Source: Gemmatimonadales bacterium
GTDB taxonomy: Bacteria > Gemmatimonadota > Glassbacteria > GWA2-58-10
Direction: 5' to 3'
Length of the DNA stretch: 64,000 bases
Assembly: GCA_024278175.1 (NCBI GenBank)
Contig: JAJRTS010000085.1
Location: 59,844 to 123,843 of the forward strand
Shown here: positions 1-9,815 of the stretch, in pieces
Position numbering within the stretch: the stretch's first letter is position 1
Layout: each line of letters starts with the position of its first letter
Made by a program: the position numbers and the translations under genes
The notes under the pieces: generated by a model
The model's input: the letters and a program-made list of their open reading frames with translations, nothing else
The model's database searches: none
Told to the model about the DNA's origin: nothing

Positions 1-252
1 CCTGAATCCCGGCACGGCGGTGGGCTCGCCATCGAATAAGACAAAAACATTAGCCCTGCCGGTTTCGGGTTTCACTGAACTCAACATGGTAGCAGCGCCC
101 GGATGGCGGGATCCATGCCAGGCGGCGCGAAGACTCATCCCTACCCGCGCACCCCAGTCCCCGGCCGGAGATTGGGCGGTCGCGCCGCGGGCAAATAATA
201 AAACGGCCGCCGTAATAAGAACAGCGACCGTAGTTACACTTGAACTTCTCAT
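1..252 (-). CDS. 5' part of a secreted protein (runs off window edge); function unknown
   Basis: Own translation from ATG at 252: MRSSSVTTVAVLITAAVLLFARGATAQ..., Sec-type signal peptide with A-T-A cleavage site; frame open to position 1; absent from the ORF track because it is truncated. Confidence 0.6.
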   Translation of the reverse strand, partial: MRSSSVTTVAVLITAAVLLFARGATAQSPAGDWGARVGMSLRAAWHGSRHPGAATMLSSVKPETGRANVFVLFDGEPTAVPGFR

Positions 253-392
253 GCTATCTCGCTCTTTTTCCCGGAATTGCCCGGAATTGACCCTGCCGGG
301 TAGCAACCTGAAACCAGTTACAAGATAATATACCTCAGTAAAAACATTGTTCCGAGGTAATACATCAGCCAACCGGACGTCTTCCAGCACGT

Positions 393-1868
393 TCAGCGCC
401 GTCTGTTCCCGAACAGGCGTTCCAGCCGTTTCGGGTCCATTCTGACGCGGATGGTCTTGCGGTTGGCCATTGTCACCAGCCCGGGCGCTGAATTCGGCGG
501 GCGGCTGATATGCTTGCGCCGGGTGTAATTTACATCGGCCTGGGGCTCTCCCTTGAGCGAACTGTACTGCACGGCCAGGTGGGCGGCGTCCAGCAGGGCC
601 TCGTGGTTGATCTGATCCTGATCCGGGCTGCTGAGCACCACGTGAGAGCCGGAAGAATCGGCCACATGCAACCAGAGGTCACGTCCGCGGGCCACCTTGA
701 ACGTGAGCTCATCGTTGTCCCTGCCGCCCTTGCCCACCATGATCAGGCTCCCGTCGGCGGCCTCGAACCTGCGGTAGGGCGAATGCCGTTGCGGCCCCTG
801 TTTCCCTTTTTTCCCCGCCGCTCGTCCTCTGCTTTCAAGGCCGGCCCCGGCGGCGATCCGATCAAGACTTTCCAGTCCGGCGGCGGAATCGACCGCAGCC
901 AACTGCTGTTCGATTTGCCCGAGCTTTGTTTCGATCCCACCCAGGTTGGCGACGGCAAACCCGGCCCCGCCCCTGAGTTTCCTGCTCTTCTTGAAATAGC
1001 GTTCCATGTTCTGCTGCGGGGAGAGTTTCTCCTCCAGCGGGATCACGCGCAGCTGGTCGGGGGCGTCGGCATAATAGTCCGGCAGCCGGGCCTGAAACTG
1101 ACCCTTGCGGACGTTCCTGAAATTGGCCGCCAGAATGTCGCCGCACTCGCTGTACCAGCTAGCGTTCTCCGCCTCGGCGATAGTTTTGCGATAGCCGGAG
1201 ATCAGCCGCACCAACCGCTTGCGCTCACGATTGAGCTGGCGCCGAAGCTCCGCCCTGCGTCTGTCGAGCGCGCCCTGCGCGGCAAGGCGCGCACAGTAGA
1301 GCTCCGCCGCCCGGCTATAAGATGGAAGTTCCTCGCGTTCCATCAGTTGCGCCAGCGGATCGGATTTTTTATCAACTGCACCATCGATCTGATCCGGTGG
1401 CTTCGGGAAGGAGTATGCCGCCCCCGGAAGCAGACCCCGCGATGAGGCGGCTTTATGATTCATCACAGCGGCCACGTGCTCCTGCTCATCGAGCAGGAAC
1501 AGGTTCCCGCCCACTCCGAACAATTCGACCACCAGCGAACACCTGCCCGTTGCCGAGGAAAAGTCGAGCCGCAGCACCCTGTCGCCGGGAGCCTGAGCCG
1601 CGCGGGCACAGGCCGTGCCGCTAAGGCGCGAGCGCAACTTCATCGCCAGATCGCTGGCGGCCGCACCCTTCGTTCCCGTGCGGCTGTCGGCCAGGTACAG
1701 CGCCACCTGCCCGGTGCGGGTGCAGACCGTGAGGTAACGGGTCTGACCACCGGTGTACAGTTCGACCTGGACCGAGAAATCATCGGGCTGGAACACTTTC
1801 TGGGCGCGAGCACCCTCCAGTTGCGGGATAATCTCGTCCACTATTCTTTTAAACTGGTGGTATTTCAC
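393..1868 (-). CDS. rqcH: NFACT/FbpA family protein, RqcH/Rqc2-like ribosome quality-control factor
   Basis: NFACT-N 'DRVL...VELFG.GGNLFL', coiled coil with 'LSPQQNMERYFKKSRKL', NFACT-R 'VGKGGRDNDELTF...DLWLH...GSHVV'; GTG start at 1868 preferred over the upstream ORF start. Confidence 0.85.
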   Translation of the reverse strand: MKYHQFKRIVDEIIPQLEGARAQKVFQPDDFSVQVELYTGGQTRYLTVCTRTGQVALYLADSRTGTKGAAASDLAMKLRSRLSGTACARAAQAPGDRVLRLDFSSATGRCSLVVELFGVGGNLFLLDEQEHVAAVMNHKAASSRGLLPGAAYSFPKPPDQIDGAVDKKSDPLAQLMEREELPSYSRAAELYCARLAAQGALDRRRAELRRQLNRERKRLVRLISGYRKTIAEAENASWYSECGDILAANFRNVRKGQFQARLPDYYADAPDQLRVIPLEEKLSPQQNMERYFKKSRKLRGGAGFAVANLGGIETKLGQIEQQLAAVDSAAGLESLDRIAAGAGLESRGRAAGKKGKQGPQRHSPYRRFEAADGSLIMVGKGGRDNDELTFKVARGRDLWLHVADSSGSHVVLSSPDQDQINHEALLDAAHLAVQYSSLKGEPQADVNYTRRKHISRPPNSAPGLVTMANRKTIRVRMDPKRLERLFGNRRR

Positions 1869-1970
1869 CTGGTTTTTTCCGTTCACATAAAAAAGTGTCA
1901 CACAGTTGACAACTGCAAAGGATTTTACCGTCGGCGCGTAACCCAATCGCCACCCGAACGGGAAAAAAAG

Positions 1971-2963
1971 TTAGAGTGCTTCGTAGATTTGTTCGAACTC
2001 CTCGACCTGCAGCAGGATCAACTGGGCGCGGGAGATGTCCCGGGAGCGGAAGACCACCGCCTTGTTCTGGACCTCCTCGCTGAACTTTTCCAGGCGGACA
2101 TGGCCGGACCCTGCCAGGTTCTGCAGGGTGATTATCACGTCTTTCACGCCCATTTTCAGCGTACTGGTGGCCTGCTTGACGTATTTATCGAAATCGTAGT
2201 GGCAATAGCCCGCTTTGTCTTCGGGCAGTTGCGCGGCCACGTTACGAAGGTGAAACAACACCTGCTGGGCTTTAGGGGAAAGGGTGGAGAATTTTTTCGA
2301 CGGGGGCGGAAAACCGGGGATATAGCTCATCTTTTCGGCCAGGAACCCGACAAACGCCTTCAGCATGGCGGGGTCATCCACAGTCAGGCGCTCATCACCA
2401 TTACTCTTGTCAAGATTGGCCAGGGAGGTTTGCGCCAGCGCCCGGTAGACTTCCCCCAGGCGTTCTCTGTCCACGGCCAGCACCCGGCAGCCCTCATATA
2501 CCACGTCTTCGAGCTTGATCGAGACGACATTTCCATTTTTCTCCCCTGCCTCGGCCTGCATCAGACTGAGCAGCGAACAGGCGCTGTAGATCAGGCGGCT
2601 GCGCTGGTTGAGCACGCTGACCAGTTTGTTCGTGTTGCGCAGCCGTTCGCTGAGCGAGGAGAACAGCGGCCGAACCTCGCGTGGGATGGCGTTGAGAATG
2701 ACCTGAAATCTCTTGCTGTCCACCAGGCTGAGGGTGGTGGCCTCCACGGCGGTTACAGTGGCCGAGCGCGGCCGCCCGTCGATCAGCGACATTTCCCCGA
2801 AAATACTGCCGGGCCCCAGGGTATCGAGCACTACCCGCTGGCCGTCGATCACCTTACTGACCTCCACACTGCCCCTGATGATGATATAGGCGCTGTCGCC
2901 GGGAGTGTTCTCCCGGATAATCAGGTCTCCGGCCCCATATGCTTTGTTCATGCCGCTTACCAT
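1971..2963 (-). CDS. cyclic-nucleotide-binding (Crp/Fnr-like) protein with extended C-terminal region
   Basis: Canonical phosphate-binding cassette 'FGEMSLIDGRPRSATV' followed by C-helix 'LSERLRNTN'; C-terminal ~190 aa not a plain Crp HTH. Confidence 0.8.
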   Translation of the reverse strand: MVSGMNKAYGAGDLIIRENTPGDSAYIIIRGSVEVSKVIDGQRVVLDTLGPGSIFGEMSLIDGRPRSATVTAVEATTLSLVDSKRFQVILNAIPREVRPLFSSLSERLRNTNKLVSVLNQRSRLIYSACSLLSLMQAEAGEKNGNVVSIKLEDVVYEGCRVLAVDRERLGEVYRALAQTSLANLDKSNGDERLTVDDPAMLKAFVGFLAEKMSYIPGFPPPSKKFSTLSPKAQQVLFHLRNVAAQLPEDKAGYCHYDFDKYVKQATSTLKMGVKDVIITLQNLAGSGHVRLEKFSEEVQNKAVVFRSRDISRAQLILLQVEEFEQIYEAL

Positions 2964-3166
2964 CCATCCGGTTGTTTATCGTCAGCTTACCATTACCGGG
3001 AACCTGATCCCGTGGCGGGACAGATCCGTTTGCGCCGTCAACAAAGCCGGCGCGCTATGCCCGGTACTCCTGAGCCGTTCATCCGCTGAAATTTATACAA
3101 GATGACGGTTTATGTCCACACCTGCGCCGGGGCTACTACGGGCGGGAGACTACCTGCGCCGAAGAC

Positions 3167-3207
3167 AAAAAGGCGGCCAAACCCGGCGCTTGAGGGTTTG
3201 GCCGCCT
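3167..3207 (-). terminator. intrinsic terminator after tRNA-Leu
   Basis: 14-bp stem aggcggccaaaccc/gggtttggccgcct followed by a T-run on the minus strand. Confidence 0.8.
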
Positions 3208-3214
3208 GCTTATC

Positions 3215-3302
3215 TGGTGCCGGGGACGGGAATCGAACCCGTAAGGAGCTAAGCTCCGAGGGATTTTAAGTCCCTTGTGTCTGCCAATTTCACCACCCCG
3301 GC
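3215..3302 (-). tRNA. tRNA-Leu(TAA)
   Basis: Reverse complement GCCGGGGTGGTGAAATTGGCAGACAC...CT-TAA-AA...long variable arm...GGTTCGATTCC...CCCCGGCACCA, 88 nt, encoded CCA. Confidence 0.97.
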
Positions 3303-3355
3303 TTTTTAAGCAGTGTCCGTTTTGACAATAAAAATATCTCCGATTTATCCCCCGG

Positions 3356-4495
3356 TCAATCAGTTTCATCCCCGCCGGTTTCGCCATCGCGCACCAGCTC
3401 GACCACCGCCTCGCTGTGGGGCGTGTGCGGAAAAAAGTCAAACAGGGCGGCCGAGGCGATTCTGTAGTCCTTGAACTTTTTTATATCTTTTGCCAGTTGC
3501 TTCACGTTGCAGCTCACGTAGACTATCAGCTCCGGGGCGATCCGCGTAAGCTCGGTGATCGTTTTCGGGTTCATCCCGCTGCGCGGCGGGTCGAGGATAA
3601 ATGTGAGCCGCCCCGGCAACCCGGCGTTTTTCAGCCGCTTGGCGTCCAGCTCCACGGCCGTCACGTTGTCCACGCCGTTGACCTCGATATTCCTGCGCGC
3701 GGAGACCACCGCCTGGGGAAAGCTCTCGATCACGCTCACCTGTTTGAACAGCTCGCCGTTGATAATCCCGAACGTGCCCACCCCACCGTAGAGGTCCACC
3801 AGATGGCCGCCCGCCGTGTCGTACTTCTTCAGCAGAGAACGCACATAGGTCTGCATCTGCTCGATCATCCGGTCGTTGTTCTGGAAAAATCCCTGGGCGT
3901 TGAACGAGAACTTCCGCCCCAGGATAGTCGACACCAGTTCATCCGTACCCTTGACCACGTAATAATCAGCGGAGATACTGATGTCCGTCTTGCGGGGCAC
4001 GTAGGTGACCAGCACGTTGGCCGCGCTGGTTTGCTGTGCGAACTCGGCGATATGCTCGCGGGCCGGCAGCAGCTTTGTCGAATCCGAGTTGAGCACGATC
4101 GAAACCGAGGAGTCGTCGCCGGGGGTACGCAAAACGGCGTAGCGGTATGTGCCGCAGGTCCTCTTGACATGGAAAAAATCGACTCCGCTAAAAAAGCCGC
4201 GCACTTCCCCGATCAGCGTATTGATTTTTTCGCCGGCGATATGGCAGTGATCGATATCGATAATCCGCTGCCAGCTTCCTTTGCGGCGAAGGCCGATGCC
4301 GCCGGGGTGAAACACCATGTCCATCCGGTTGCGGTAGTTGTACCGGTCACCGGTGAATACTTCGATATGCTCGTGCTCAAGCGCATTGACCAGTTGACGG
4401 CGCTTGCTTTCCACCTGCTGCTCGTAATCCACGTGCTGGAAGCTGCAACCGCCGCATTGGCCGAAAAATGGACAGCGTGGTTCCGCCATCGACAA
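3356..4495 (-). CDS. RNA (uracil-C5)-methyltransferase, RlmD/RlmC/TrmA family, without TRAM domain
   Basis: Fe-S motif 'CPFFGQCGGC', 'FFQNN', SAM motif 'DLYGGVGTFG', 'LDPPRSG', catalytic 'YVSCN', 'DFFPHTPHSE'. Confidence 0.9.
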   Translation of the reverse strand: MSMAEPRCPFFGQCGGCSFQHVDYEQQVESKRRQLVNALEHEHIEVFTGDRYNYRNRMDMVFHPGGIGLRRKGSWQRIIDIDHCHIAGEKINTLIGEVRGFFSGVDFFHVKRTCGTYRYAVLRTPGDDSSVSIVLNSDSTKLLPAREHIAEFAQQTSAANVLVTYVPRKTDISISADYYVVKGTDELVSTILGRKFSFNAQGFFQNNDRMIEQMQTYVRSLLKKYDTAGGHLVDLYGGVGTFGIINGELFKQVSVIESFPQAVVSARRNIEVNGVDNVTAVELDAKRLKNAGLPGRLTFILDPPRSGMNPKTITELTRIAPELIVYVSCNVKQLAKDIKKFKDYRIASAALFDFFPHTPHSEAVVELVRDGETGGDETD

Positions 4496-4541
4496 TACTC
4501 TCCCGCGTAATTCTGGCTTGATAAAAAGAGCTGAAATCGGC

Positions 4542-5807
4542 TTATTGTTCGCGTTGGGGCCGCCCGTTAACCAACCACTTCACACTCTCGCTGGCCAGGG
4601 AGGTTAAGGTGGAAGGCGAACCGACGATCCGGTGGATGATGTTACGGTAGGTGTCCTGGGCCGATACACTGTCAAACAGGGCCTGACTCAGTTGAGGACT
4701 CCTGCGCGCAGCCTCGAGCACAGGGTCCAGCAGCGAGAAGCGGGCCATCACTCCGGCCATCGCCCGGGCGGCCCGTCCATACCAGAGATCGCCGATCTGC
4801 TCGGCGAAGTCAATTTCCACGCGGCTTAACGCCTCCCGGCTCACTCCACGTTCGAGAATGCTTTTTGCGGCGTACCAGCCGCTAAGCAGCCCCGTGTTGA
4901 TTCCCTTACCCTTGAATGGCCTTAACAGCCCCGCGCTGTCACCGATAGTAATGTAGTTGTCGCCGTAAAAACGCTTGGCCGGGCAGATCGGAAAACTGCC
5001 CTTGTACAGGTCATCAATCTGGTACGGGAAATTCATCACCCGGCTGCAGAGCGATGAATCGAGAAACTCGCGCAGCGTTTTTCCAGTCACCCTCTGGCCT
5101 GCCACCAGGGCGGTAATATGGTTGCCCTTGGGCGTAAGCGCCGCGAACTCGATAGCCGGATCGGCGGGCAGGAAGGCGTGGATATTGTTTTTTTGAGCCT
5201 CGACATTGTGCTGTCCGGGATGAATCTTGGTGATAACCGTTTCCAGAAAATCCGGGGCGCGGTATCCTGTGCGGCGATGAAGGACGTCGCCAAGCTGACG
5301 GTCCAGGCCGAAAGCCCCCACCAGCATGTCGCCCTCGAAGCTGCCGCCCTCGGTATAGACACAGACCCCGCCGTCGCAGAACTCGACGTCGATAACCCGG
5401 TTGGGATAGACCTCCACACCTGCTTTGAGCGCCTGGGTAAGCAGGTAGCGGTCCAGCAGGACCCGGCGGGTAGCCATGGAGTGCTCCGAATGCTCGCCGG
5501 AGTGGTTGGTGAGATGAATGCTGTTATGCTCCGAGTGCAGCCAGTACCCCTCGATAGTGCGCTGCACGAGTTCAACCGGCAGACGAAGCCCCAGGTGCTC
5601 GCTCAGAATAGTCTCTATCGGTGGACTGAGCACTCCCATGCACTGGTTGTAGTGGATGCCGTATTGCTTGTGCTCAAACAGCACTATGCTTAGCTCGCGG
5701 CCCATCATGGCTCCCATGTGCGCCAGTGAAATAGCGCAGGCACACCCGGCCGGGCCTCCCCCGGCTATCAGCACCCGCAGGCTGTCCGGATTGTCCTTAC
5801 CTTTCAT
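4542..5807 (-). CDS. FAD-dependent oxidoreductase (geranylgeranyl-reductase-like/dehydrogenase flavoprotein)
   Basis: Rossmann 'IAGGGPAG', 'NQCMGVLS', 'LVGAFG', 'IGDSAGL...KGKGI'; ATG at 5807 overlaps the upstream stop. Confidence 0.8.
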   Translation of the reverse strand: MKGKDNPDSLRVLIAGGGPAGCACAISLAHMGAMMGRELSIVLFEHKQYGIHYNQCMGVLSPPIETILSEHLGLRLPVELVQRTIEGYWLHSEHNSIHLTNHSGEHSEHSMATRRVLLDRYLLTQALKAGVEVYPNRVIDVEFCDGGVCVYTEGGSFEGDMLVGAFGLDRQLGDVLHRRTGYRAPDFLETVITKIHPGQHNVEAQKNNIHAFLPADPAIEFAALTPKGNHITALVAGQRVTGKTLREFLDSSLCSRVMNFPYQIDDLYKGSFPICPAKRFYGDNYITIGDSAGLLRPFKGKGINTGLLSGWYAAKSILERGVSREALSRVEIDFAEQIGDLWYGRAARAMAGVMARFSLLDPVLEAARRSPQLSQALFDSVSAQDTYRNIIHRIVGSPSTLTSLASESVKWLVNGRPQREQ

Positions 5808-7182
5808 CCTCACTCTCCCCCATCCTGTTTCCAAACAACATGATTTTAAGCGATACGGCCACGATTCTGGTCAGCAGGATCGGGTCTAGACAGTTGACGA
5901 ATATTTTACTGTAGCTGGCATCTCCGGTGAACATGTTCCACAGAATCCAGCGCAGCTTACGGCGGCTGTAACCCGTCATCCCGTGATCGCCCCGCGCAAT
6001 AGCCAGGTAGCCGGCCGCCACCGGTTTCAGACGGTAAATTCTGTCGTGGATGGCGAACAATAACCGACCCAGAATATTATCCAGACCAAACATTTTCTTC
6101 ACCCGCCGCGAGTAGTGCCGTTCCAGCCGTTCGCCACGCTCCGGCCCGTGTTCCACCAGTACTCGCGCCGCCAGCTCGGCGGAGCGCAGAGCGCTCTCGA
6201 TACCGTTCTTGTAGTAGCGCGAAACGGCGGCATCACCGATAACCAGCCAGTGACCGCCGGCCAGCACGCCCCCGTCGCCAATCGGCATCCGCGGGGCGCA
6301 GTTGCAACGCACCTTACCCTCGCCGCCGGATAGCTCCCTGATCCGGCCGGCCACAAGCGGGTGCTCCAGGAAGCGTTCCAGATGCTGTGAGCCAAGCCGC
6401 TCGCCGATCAGCGAAACCGTGGCATAACTGCGCTTGGGCGTTATTACCGCGAACCTCACCTGGGGCAGCCCCAGGGCGAATATGCTGATTTGCTGGCCGG
6501 TATTCTCCCCGGCGGCGCTGTCGTAGTGAAGTTCGGCCTGAATGGCGCTGTCGGTGTGCGGTATCCGGTATCCGCCCCCAAGCTTTTCGAACTGCTCGCC
6601 CAGGCTGGAGTTGACCCCGAACGCGCCCACAAGCATGTCGGCGTGGTGGGTATCGCCGTTATGGGCGGTGATCGTCACCGGGTCCGCCGCACCCGGCTCG
6701 ATCCGGACAGCCTCGATCCGCGCCTGAACACTGCGTGCGCCGCACTGGACAGCCTCGTCCAGCAGAAACTGGTCGAAACTGATTGCGCCGGCGCTCTCCT
6801 TCACCGGCCCGTGGCCCCTGAACACCGTGAATATACGCTGTCCTTCCGGTACCGGCATGCTGACCTCGCCACCCAGGGTTACCAGGCCGTAGCTCCTGAT
6901 TTTGGCCCTGATGACCTGGTCCGGGATCCAGAAGCCCAGCTTCTTCATCCCCGCCAGCAGCCCGTCGCTGATCACACCCTGGCAGTAGTTGCAGTGCGCG
7001 GCGCCGCGGCACTCGAAAGCTTTCGGCTCGAAAATAGTCACCCGTACCGCCCGGCCACCCCTGGCGGCTTCCCGGCACAGGCAATAAGCGAAAAAGGTCC
7101 CGGCCGGCCCACCTCCGGCCACCGCCACCCTCATCGGCCGGCTGCCGCTGACAGAATCTCTGGCGCTCAAGAGTCCTCCCAT
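5797..7182 (-). CDS. FAD-dependent oxidoreductase, paralog of the downstream gene
   Basis: 'VAGGGPAG', 'HCNYCQGVIS', 'LVGAFG', 'IGDAAVSRYYKNGI'. Confidence 0.8.
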   Translation of the reverse strand: MGGLLSARDSVSGSRPMRVAVAGGGPAGTFFAYCLCREAARGGRAVRVTIFEPKAFECRGAAHCNYCQGVISDGLLAGMKKLGFWIPDQVIRAKIRSYGLVTLGGEVSMPVPEGQRIFTVFRGHGPVKESAGAISFDQFLLDEAVQCGARSVQARIEAVRIEPGAADPVTITAHNGDTHHADMLVGAFGVNSSLGEQFEKLGGGYRIPHTDSAIQAELHYDSAAGENTGQQISIFALGLPQVRFAVITPKRSYATVSLIGERLGSQHLERFLEHPLVAGRIRELSGGEGKVRCNCAPRMPIGDGGVLAGGHWLVIGDAAVSRYYKNGIESALRSAELAARVLVEHGPERGERLERHYSRRVKKMFGLDNILGRLLFAIHDRIYRLKPVAAGYLAIARGDHGMTGYSRRKLRWILWNMFTGDASYSKIFVNCLDPILLTRIVAVSLKIMLFGNRMGESEDER

Positions 7183-7365
7183 GCCCGCCCGCAGATACAG
7201 GAACGGCTGGAGAATTGCGGGTGGTTACTGCTTAAACTTAATAAATTATACTATCTCCACGCTTATCAGGCCAGCAATTTTACTAACTTGCCCGCTTGCA
7301 ATAGTGCTACTATGATGAAGCACCCGGACGTTAAGATGACGAATCAAATCAGCGTGGGAGATAAA

Positions 7366-8008
7366 ATGTTGATGCGGCAATTTATAAAACCTCATCTGGT
7401 ATGGCTTTATTCGCTACTTTTTCTGATATGGCCGGTAAAAATTCTTTACTGTGCCGTTAACACCGTCAGCGTGCAGGGAGACAGATTTTTTCTGCATGGA
7501 GAATTGTTCGATATGTGGGGAGTACGGACCGCGAACGCAGTTAAAAACCAGAACACGACCGACAATCTGATTGGTATGCTGGACGATTATAAAGCTCATG
7601 GTATAAACACAATTACGGTGTTCTACCAGGGCAGCAGTGGAGGTAATACCGAGGGTGGCAACGATCCTTTTTCACCCGATGGCACGAGCATCGACTCAGC
7701 CTGCCACAACCGCATGGTACAGATAATAAATGCTTGCAAGGAACGATGAGAAGGGAGTCTTCCCTGATTCCAAAAAGCGGGAATACGCCGCAGAGGCGGA
7801 TGCTGCACTTTCGCGCACGGGCCTCTCGGTATTTTTTCACGCATCTACCTGGTTCCAGTCCGTGCCGCTGCGCTACGACCTGGCCGGAGAAGGTACGGAC
7901 GAAGACCAGGGTATTCACTGGTATTTCGATTATACAGCCCGGAAACCGGGACTCAATCCGCACAGCCTGAAAGAGTTTCCCTGGGAAAGCTGGAAAAATA
8001 CAGAGTGA
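7366..8008 (+). pseudogene. remnant of a secreted glycoside-hydrolase-like (TIM barrel) gene with internal deletion/frameshift
   Basis: RBS GGAG + ATG 7366, signal peptide, 'VSVQGDRFFLHGELFDMWG...LDDYKAHGINTITVF' stops at 7749; a second frame (7730-8008) carries a C-terminal-looking piece; AT-rich relative to flanks. Confidence 0.55.
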
Positions 8009-8317
8009 TTTTTCCTCAAATGAATATTTTAGGCAGATTGAAAGGAAATCATACGCTTTAAAAGTTTTTGCTCCATAAACATAATCACGTCCATTTAGCC
8101 AGCTGGTTTGAAGTATCGAATATGATTCATGTTATAAACTCCTGCATTTAATAAAATTCTTGCAACCCACTTAAGCCATGCCTATATTTTTTGCCTTCGG
8201 GCGGAATTTACAGGTTGTAATATTTTATTGGATACTGTCCCATTACATATTACCGTCCCACCTTTCCAGCTTTGTCGTGGGTCGCCTTTTTCATTGTTGA
8301 AGGAGCCGGTTAACTAA

Positions 8318-9526
8318 ATGATAATCGGAATACCAAAGGAGACTTTTCCGGGTCAGCGCCAGGTGGCGATTATCCCGGACGGGGTGACCATGCTCAAAAA
8401 ATCCGGCCTCGATGCGATTGTCGAGTCCGGCGCCGGTGAGCAGGCCGGTTACCTCGACAAGGCCTACCAGGAGAAAGGGGCCGAGCTTGTTCAGTCCCGC
8501 TCCGAAGTGTTCGCCAGGGCTGACGTTGTCACCCAGGTCCAGGCGTTCGGGGCCAATCCCGAGCATGGGATGGACGACCTGGAGTTGCTGCGCGAGGGCC
8601 AGAGCGTGATCGCTTTCCTCGATCCGCTCTCCGCGCCTGATGCGGTTACAAAACTGGCCGAGCGCAAGGTGAACGCGTTTTCGATGGAGTTGATGCCCCG
8701 GATAACCAGGGCGCAGAGCATGGACGCGCTCAGTTCGCTGGCGTCGGTGGCGGGCTACAAGGCCGTGATCCTGGCCGCCGATACCCTGCCCAGGATGTTC
8801 CCGATGATGATGACCGCCGCCGGCACGGTGAGCGCCGCCAGGGTGTTCGTTATCGGCGCGGGCGTGGCGGGTCTGCAGGCGATAGCCACAGCCAAGCGCC
8901 TGGGCGCGATCGTAAGCGGCTACGACGTGAGGCCGGCGGTGAAAGAACAGGTTGAAAGCCTGGGCGGCAAGTTTGTCGAGATGGAACTGGAAACGGGAAG
9001 CTCCGAGGACAAGGGCGGATACGCCAAGGCGATGGACGAGGATTTCTACCGCAGGCAGCGCGAGATGATGACCCGCGTGGTGGCCGAGAACCAGGTGGTG
9101 ATCACCACCGCCGCCATCCCCGGCAAGAAAGCGCCGGTGCTGATCACCGCCGAAATGGTGGCCGGTATGCAGCCCGGCTCGGTGATTATCGATCTGGCTG
9201 CCGAACGTGGAGGCAACTGCGAGCTGACCAGGACCAACGAGACCGTTGTCGAGCACGGCGTGACCATTATCGGTACGGTCAACCTGCCGGCCATGGTTCC
9301 GTTCCACTCCAGCCAGATGTACTCGAAAAATATAATCACCTTCCTCCGGCACCTGGTCAGCGACGGCCAGTTAACAATCGACGGCTCGGACGAGATCACC
9401 TCCGAAACCCTGCTCACCACCGGCGGCCAGGTTGTCAACGGCCGTGTGCGTGAACTGCTGGGCCTGCAACCGCTGGCCCGGAGCGCACCGCCCGATGCGG
9501 CACAAGAACAGGAGAAGGGAGAGTAG
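8318..9526 (+). CDS. pntAA: NAD(P) transhydrogenase subunit alpha, domain I
   Basis: 'IGIPKE', 'RITRAQSMDALSS', 'GAGVAGLQA', 'GGYAK', 'DLAAERGGNCE'. Confidence 0.96.
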   Translation: MIIGIPKETFPGQRQVAIIPDGVTMLKKSGLDAIVESGAGEQAGYLDKAYQEKGAELVQSRSEVFARADVVTQVQAFGANPEHGMDDLELLREGQSVIAFLDPLSAPDAVTKLAERKVNAFSMELMPRITRAQSMDALSSLASVAGYKAVILAADTLPRMFPMMMTAAGTVSAARVFVIGAGVAGLQAIATAKRLGAIVSGYDVRPAVKEQVESLGGKFVEMELETGSSEDKGGYAKAMDEDFYRRQREMMTRVVAENQVVITTAAIPGKKAPVLITAEMVAGMQPGSVIIDLAAERGGNCELTRTNETVVEHGVTIIGTVNLPAMVPFHSSQMYSKNIITFLRHLVSDGQLTIDGSDEITSETLLTTGGQVVNGRVRELLGLQPLARSAPPDAAQEQEKGE

Positions 9527-9528
9527 CC

Positions 9529-9807
9529 ATGGATATTTTCGTCATATCGTTAACCATCTTCGCACTGAGCATCTTCGTGGGCTTCGAGGTGATAACCAAG
9601 GTCCCGCCGACGTTGCACACGCCGTTGATGTCCGGCTCCAACGCCATCAGCGGCATCACCCTGATCGGCGCGTTGATTTCCGCCGGAGCACAGCACAGCA
9701 CCGTGACTACCGTCCTGGGGTTGTGCGCAGTCATTTTCGCCACGATCAACGTTGTGGGCGGCTTTCTGGTCACCCACCGCATGTTGAAGATGTTCCAAAG
9801 AAAATAG
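9529..9807 (+). CDS. pntAB: NAD(P) transhydrogenase subunit alpha, membrane part
   Basis: 'VPPTLHTPLMSGSNAISG', 'NVVGGFLVTHRML'. Confidence 0.96.
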   Translation: MDIFVISLTIFALSIFVGFEVITKVPPTLHTPLMSGSNAISGITLIGALISAGAQHSTVTTVLGLCAVIFATINVVGGFLVTHRMLKMFQRK

Positions 9808-9815
9808 GGTAGGTC

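Noticed and set aside
1455..3089. Long antisense ORFs (e.g. 510-1445, 1455-3089, 27212-28828, 35892-37130, 49757-51280, 57141-58931, 62586-63839)
   Set aside because: Shadow frames opposite well-supported genes, expected in high-GC DNA; no motifs
6490..7365. N-terminal part of track ORF 6490-7749
   Set aside because: Antisense to the flavoprotein gene; only the part from ATG 7366 has an RBS and signal peptide
7747..7749. Selenocysteine read-through of the TGA
   Set aside because: The frame hits another TGA six codons later and the continuation is in a different frame
8110..8260. Rex operator upstream of pntAA
   Set aside because: Best candidate (atatgattcatgttataa) matches only about half the consensus in AT-rich DNA
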